A DNA stretch of 62,859 nucleotides, filler included. It is 4 parts of 4 records of this genome, joined end to end, with 100 filler letters (N's around TTAATTAATTAA, not from the genome) between each part and the next. Parts side by side here need not be neighbours in the genome. Positions count along the whole stretch, not along the records: positions 54,569 to 62,859 come from SRR31156797_16065; 3 more parts are not named here. One strand, given 5' to 3'. Each line of letters starts with the position of its first letter. Positions within the stretch are counted from its first letter, which is position 1. The notes below the pieces were generated by a model. That model ran no database searches and was not told the origin of the DNA. It saw only the letters and a program-made list of their open reading frames with translations. The translations under genes and the position numbers were made by a program. This document shows, piece by piece, positions 59,501 through 62,859 of the stretch.

Positions 59501-62500
59501 ATAGAAGATTTCGATATTTCCTATAATTGCGTTGATACTTTTCCAACTTTTGCATCAAAATTGATCCAAATTGAAGGAGAGGGTCGTCAAAGTCCTACTT
59601 ACTGCGCTAACTATGACGGTTGCAGCGGCTTTACTTGTGACGAGTGTAACGGTTTTGACTGTCCTGAGGGAGCCAGATGTTTTACAAGTGGTGGAGAACC
59701 TTCCTGTATAGCTTCCTGCGACACTATAGTTTGCGGATTGGGAGAAATTTGTGACGAATCAGGGGAAACAGCAGTCTGTGTCTCATCATGTGATGAAGTT
59801 AACTGTGGTGTTTACTCTGACTGTGTAGTTGAAGATGATGTTGCAGGATGTAAATGCAAAGAAGGTTATGCAGCTCTTGGAAATGGAAGTTGCAGCAATG
59901 TCTGTGCAGGCGAGTCTTGCAGCGGTCACGGAGTTTGTAAAATTGATGTTGTCAATAGACCTTTTTGTCAGTGTGATGAAGGATACAGACGTTACAGTGA
60001 TGTTGATGGAGAACGCTGCGTTGCGACTTGTGAGCCGGGAGAATACGAATATAACGAATTCTGTGTTTCAGGATATGCCAGTGATGATACCAGCGGCTCA
60101 GGAATGTCATCTAGTGAAGGTGAAGAAAGCTCAGGCGGATCACAAGACTGTGTTGTCAAAGCTGATCCTGATTGTGATCCTGAATCGGGTGATGATTGTG
60201 AATGCATGACTGCACCTGAATTGGCAGATTGTTTTGATGATTTTTATATTGATTCTTTTTGTGGGTCTCAGCACTGGGTCTGCACATGTCCGGGTATAAT
60301 AAAAGATCTTGATATAAACGGAAACGGTGTTGTGGATGAAGGCACGGAAATGGATCAGGTTCCAGTGGAACTGCGTGATAAAATTAATGAATTTATGGAA
60401 AGTGAAGCGGAGACAGTGACCGTTGCACCAACCATTTATAATGAAAACGGAGTTAATAGTCATGAGCATTTGACCACTTCCCTGAATTATCCTGAAGATG
60501 ATTTTGAGGCTATGGGGACAGGTGCGACATTTAATGCTGTTATGTATCGTGATTTTGCTAAGGAAAAGCAGAATAACATTACAGGTGACGACACTACATT
60601 TTTTGAGCGCTGGACAGAAAAAACACGGAAAAAACCAATTGATAGCTGTGAAACCTATGTTTATCAGAAATACGGTGACTTTTTAAAAGCCTCCGCGATA
60701 ATGACCAGATTTTCAGATAAGCCTTTTACGCAGATGCAGTATATAATTGATATTCCGTTCTTTGATAGATGGATGAGTGATGAAACAACAGTTGATGATT
60801 CTCATTTAGCATCTCAGGCAAGAAAAGACGAGCTTAGAACCATAGAGCACATTGGTGGAAGAAACCTTTACTGGAGACTTCTTCATCTTGCAATTGAACA
60901 GGCGGAAGTTTCTGTTGAAGGTGCGGTCAAAGGACACTATCACACAAATAAAGGTATCACTAAACTGACACTTCTCGGTTCAAATTCTGATAGCCTGGAT
61001 AGTTCTGCCGCGTCTTTTGGCAGTGTGAGAACAGAGGAACGTGACTTGTCCCTCTATGGCGATCTTCGTGATCCGGGAAATAGTAGTTTTGAAGGAAAAA
61101 TTACTGATTTTGATCAGAGAGAACAGAATTTTCTTGTCAGAGGTATGCTTGAAAGCACGCTTCTATCTTATCTTATGTATCGCGCCAATCTTGAAATACG
61201 CTACTTTGAGATCGTTGATTGGGCCGAGGATAAAGGGACGACTTTAAGTGCTGTTAAAATGTCTGCTAAACCGATGCTTGAGGATTATTTTTCAGTTGAC
61301 CTTGACGAAATGGAAGATCCGACAGATGAAGATATGCGCATCCAGACAGAAGTAAATATGCATCAGTATCTTGAAACTGATGATGCCAAGATCCTCAACT
61401 TTAAAATGGAAAGAGGCGATCTTGATGATATCGAATCATTTGCTGAAAGCGTGTTCTCTTCGATCGATACCAGGATCCGTGAAGTATATGAACAGTCTTC
61501 CTATGACTATTACTGCCTTGTTGAACATTCTACAGATACATGGACAGATTGTGAGTGGCACCCGCAGGAATATCTTGCCGCTATTTCTGGCATAGTTTCA
61601 ATATCGGACATTGCTCTTGAAAATGATTATCAGACATGTTTAAAAATAACACATAATGATCCGGGCTTTTTCACTGATGATGACACCCGTGAAACAGATC
61701 TTGGAAGTCATACATTTAGAGTTCCTGATGTTCCTGATGTTATTCCTGACGACCCTGACGAAATATCGGATAGCGACTGTGATAAAGTTGGTGACAGGAT
61801 CCTTTACACAATTCCTGATGACATCGTAGGTACTTTGTATGATACTTTAATAGAGTTAAGAAATTACAGACATACAACCATTTTTGAAGAACATTCATGG
61901 GCACACCTTGAAGATTTCTTTAAACTTTTTCCAAGCTGGACAGGGGAATATATGGTGCGTCTGGGGCGTGAGAACCGACTTAAAAGAGTCTGTGCCGCTA
62001 AAAATGCGAAAAAAGCGATGGAGCTTAGAAAGCGTCAGCAGGAAGCAGAGAGACAGGCTGCAAAAACAGCAGCTGACAGCATGGGTGATCTTGTTGATAT
62101 GAGTGAAGGAGCTCCTAAAGACGGAAGTGGTCTTTCTATTGGTAAATTCTTCAGTGATTATCGTAGGTACGGAAATAGTCGTGCAGGAATTAACTTTTCC
62201 TATATTTTTGGATATCACATCGGAAACGCCATAATCGGTTGGAATGACCTTCAGCCAGCTATGTACTCAGAGATAGAAGATTTTGGAAACATGAAACCCA
62301 AGATCGCCACAGAGTATTACAGGGATATGATAGCTTCTTATGTCGAGTATAATTCCCTAGCTGTTGACGATATGGAAGGGTTGATGGAAAAACTTCCTGA
62401 CGAAGATCCGAATTTTGATGCAAATGTTGCTGAGGTTGCCACTTCTTTTGATTCATGCAGTTCTCCTGATGCTATTATGACAAAGATGGTAGCGCCGGTA

Positions 62501-62859
62501 AAAGAGACTATCAACGAGTTGGAATACTATCAGTTCATGCCTCTTATCGACTTTCTTCAAATATCTGCTGATGAAGTTATTGACCAGCTTGCTACCGAAA
62601 TACTGATCTCAATTCTTGAAGAAAGTGCCTATAGCGTCTGTGTCAATACCGGAAACTGTCCGGGAGCTGTTGAAATGAGAAAAGAGCTTTACAGAACTCC
62701 GGGCAATCTGGCTATCACGAGTCAATCGGTGTCAGCGATCAGATCATGGATCGAGAGCGGACTTTCAGGAGTGGATGCATCGGAATGGAGCGAGACGGTC
62801 GACACTGAACTTGTGAACATACACGACGTCGCAGTTGATCTGAGATTTTTTCTCATAAC
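56516..62859 (+). CDS. giant (>2100 aa) lipoprotein with EGF-like repeats, two LamG-like domains, a short LRR block and an unknown C-terminal region; runs off the window
   Basis: GGGAG RBS then MISKKILFVLLTLGSLVLTVTSC (lipobox). The hand-translated stretches have no stops, and its absence from the track fits a frame with no stop before the window end. Motifs include CVCDPGY, CSCDIGY, FSVSFWF..WNLIALTWDG..IDEL and LTGLEYA. Confidence 0.85.
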   Translation, partial: MISKKILFVLLTLGSLVLTVTSCVEDKNNSIRIPKLMATSCLDADCGTNGDCQNVEGTDQCVCDPGYHRENSGDLLSACISDCTGVSCGDNGACELISGTAECNCDPTYRWNIDPVSGFPIGKCVDECGDENSYGMALDCGGHGSCSTNAQGDPSCSCDIGYRPVLENANSDGEPPTCEGDCYYDPANPVDPYDSQSGTYTALDLCGESAGAGYCEVDLDKNLTQCHCNESFKLGSDDLSCVPVCDGIVCESGSCQFSDGAPHCSCGSGYRESTALTPYEGDPQSWMTVVNEDFYLVPKCVPETLSDLLYYPFDMINNPDYAGMADRDDTRYDAEDISISPVKDDLHVSGNLYRGAGVLGSSLFLEGTPDRYGVAESSDDLNPSGSFSVSFWFRPLDTQPQNTVIIMKEDQYGVGIGENGKLMFAFATDSSQWQWYQTAFDVVLDSWNLIALTWDGTDVSIVVVPEGGSLDSHSQTPGGTFESGNEPLMVGYTPDASMGVTGWIDELKLKNGAITSSQLLDEFNFVMTYYDGDSGTTHTDPCFNLVCPKDRICISDPTSSDPMPECVCDLGFAPNESGACEFVCGGYNCNNNGTCSADSNGDPECLCDIGFSGSYCDNKNFSDSQCEVGEVFDGTNCVSDTDLKLWYKFNDYGNRTVVDHSAPTSDDAFNGTIPSWADASWVSGVNGYGLDFEKGYVLTENRSGLTNDASINGQDKFSFIVWHRQPQFAYPKNEITDLVRGPEYGLSVVRDESDTYLLLTLCTQGTQEDQFHDYNGLDDGSCRSWSESVKGSDVDDLKEGHWNQIAFTYRDDGNAYLFVNGVETANFAIPFLFEPKGFMKPQGADTTLILTDGMMDDFFLYHRSLTDNEIAQNYRELPCGGIDCSGHGRCVQESIAPVCVCDEGYVGHLSFPFDCFENVEIDIVDENLRSCVKEHLRISTEDPILKKDMLYLQMLRCRSLDIEDLTGLEYALDLKMLDLNNNDISDVSSLKDLRKIEDFDISYNCVDTFPTFASKLIQIEGEGRQSPTYCANYDGCSGFTCDECNGFDCPEGARCFTSGGEPSCIASCDTIVCGLGEICDESGETAVCVSSCDEVNCGVYSDCVVEDDVAGCKCKEGYAALGNGSCSNVCAGESCSGHGVCKIDVVNRPFCQCDEGYRRYSDVDGERCVATCEPGEYEYNEFCVSGYASDDTSGSGMSSSEGEESSGGSQDCVVKADPDCDPESGDDCECMTAPELADCFDDFYIDSFCGSQHWVCTCPGIIKDLDINGNGVVDEGTEMDQVPVELRDKINEFMESEAETVTVAPTIYNENGVNSHEHLTTSLNYPEDDFEAMGTGATFNAVMYRDFAKEKQNNITGDDTTFFERWTEKTRKKPIDSCETYVYQKYGDFLKASAIMTRFSDKPFTQMQYIIDIPFFDRWMSDETTVDDSHLASQARKDELRTIEHIGGRNLYWRLLHLAIEQAEVSVEGAVKGHYHTNKGITKLTLLGSNSDSLDSSAASFGSVRTEERDLSLYGDLRDPGNSSFEGKITDFDQREQNFLVRGMLESTLLSYLMYRANLEIRYFEIVDWAEDKGTTLSAVKMSAKPMLEDYFSVDLDEMEDPTDEDMRIQTEVNMHQYLETDDAKILNFKMERGDLDDIESFAESVFSSIDTRIREVYEQSSYDYYCLVEHSTDTWTDCEWHPQEYLAAISGIVSISDIALENDYQTCLKITHNDPGFFTDDDTRETDLGSHTFRVPDVPDVIPDDPDEISDSDCDKVGDRILYTIPDDIVGTLYDTLIELRNYRHTTIFEEHSWAHLEDFFKLFPSWTGEYMVRLGRENRLKRVCAAKNAKKAMELRKRQQEAERQAAKTAADSMGDLVDMSEGAPKDGSGLSIGKFFSDYRRYGNSRAGINFSYIFGYHIGNAIIGWNDLQPAMYSEIEDFGNMKPKIATEYYRDMIASYVEYNSLAVDDMEGLMEKLPDEDPNFDANVAEVATSFDSCSSPDAIMTKMVAPVKETINELEYYQFMPLIDFLQISADEVIDQLATEILISILEESAYSVCVNTGNCPGAVEMRKELYRTPGNLAITSQSVSAIRSWIESGLSGVDASEWSETVDTELVNIHDVAVDLRFFLI

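Noticed and set aside
56568-62456. Many short ORFs in the track for this region, which could suggest a pseudogene, introns or an alternative genetic code
   Set aside because: They are off-frame or antisense to one continuous ORF starting at 56516.

Overview
The window is four unrelated contigs joined by three 100-nt N spacers that each contain TTAATTAATTAA, so gene neighbourhoods across spacers mean nothing. (1) 1-10422 is very AT-rich Campylobacterota (Arcobacter-like) housekeeping DNA: a ccoN 5' stub, a YejABEF-like peptide ABC transporter, pldA, rpe, trpF, a DEDDh exonuclease, a Mesh1-like HD protein and a truncated histidine kinase. (2) 10523-24349 is a minus-strand glycan-modification island with five radical SAM genes, a HAD-like protein, a methyltransferase, a GT4, an epimerase and a GT2-TPR-GT2 protein. 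(3) 24450-54468 is GC-richer, Desulfobacterota-like DNA carrying a sigma-54-driven glutamine super-operon: glnA, mvhD-like, metV, metF, two Fe-S/GltB-barrel paralogues, a GATase-GXGXG fusion, PII, glnD, gltB, gltD, carA and carB. It is flanked by glmS, a second divergent glnD and signalling genes. (4) 54569-62859 encodes an LRR lipoprotein and a >2100-aa EGF-like/LamG/LRR lipoprotein that the ORF track missed. The best candidate for a new system is the MvhD-MetV-MetF module translationally coupled to a three-subunit glutamate synthase, possibly a folate-linked (methyl-THF-coupled) GOGAT. All product calls come from motif recognition by eye, not database searches, and taxonomic assignments are inferences.
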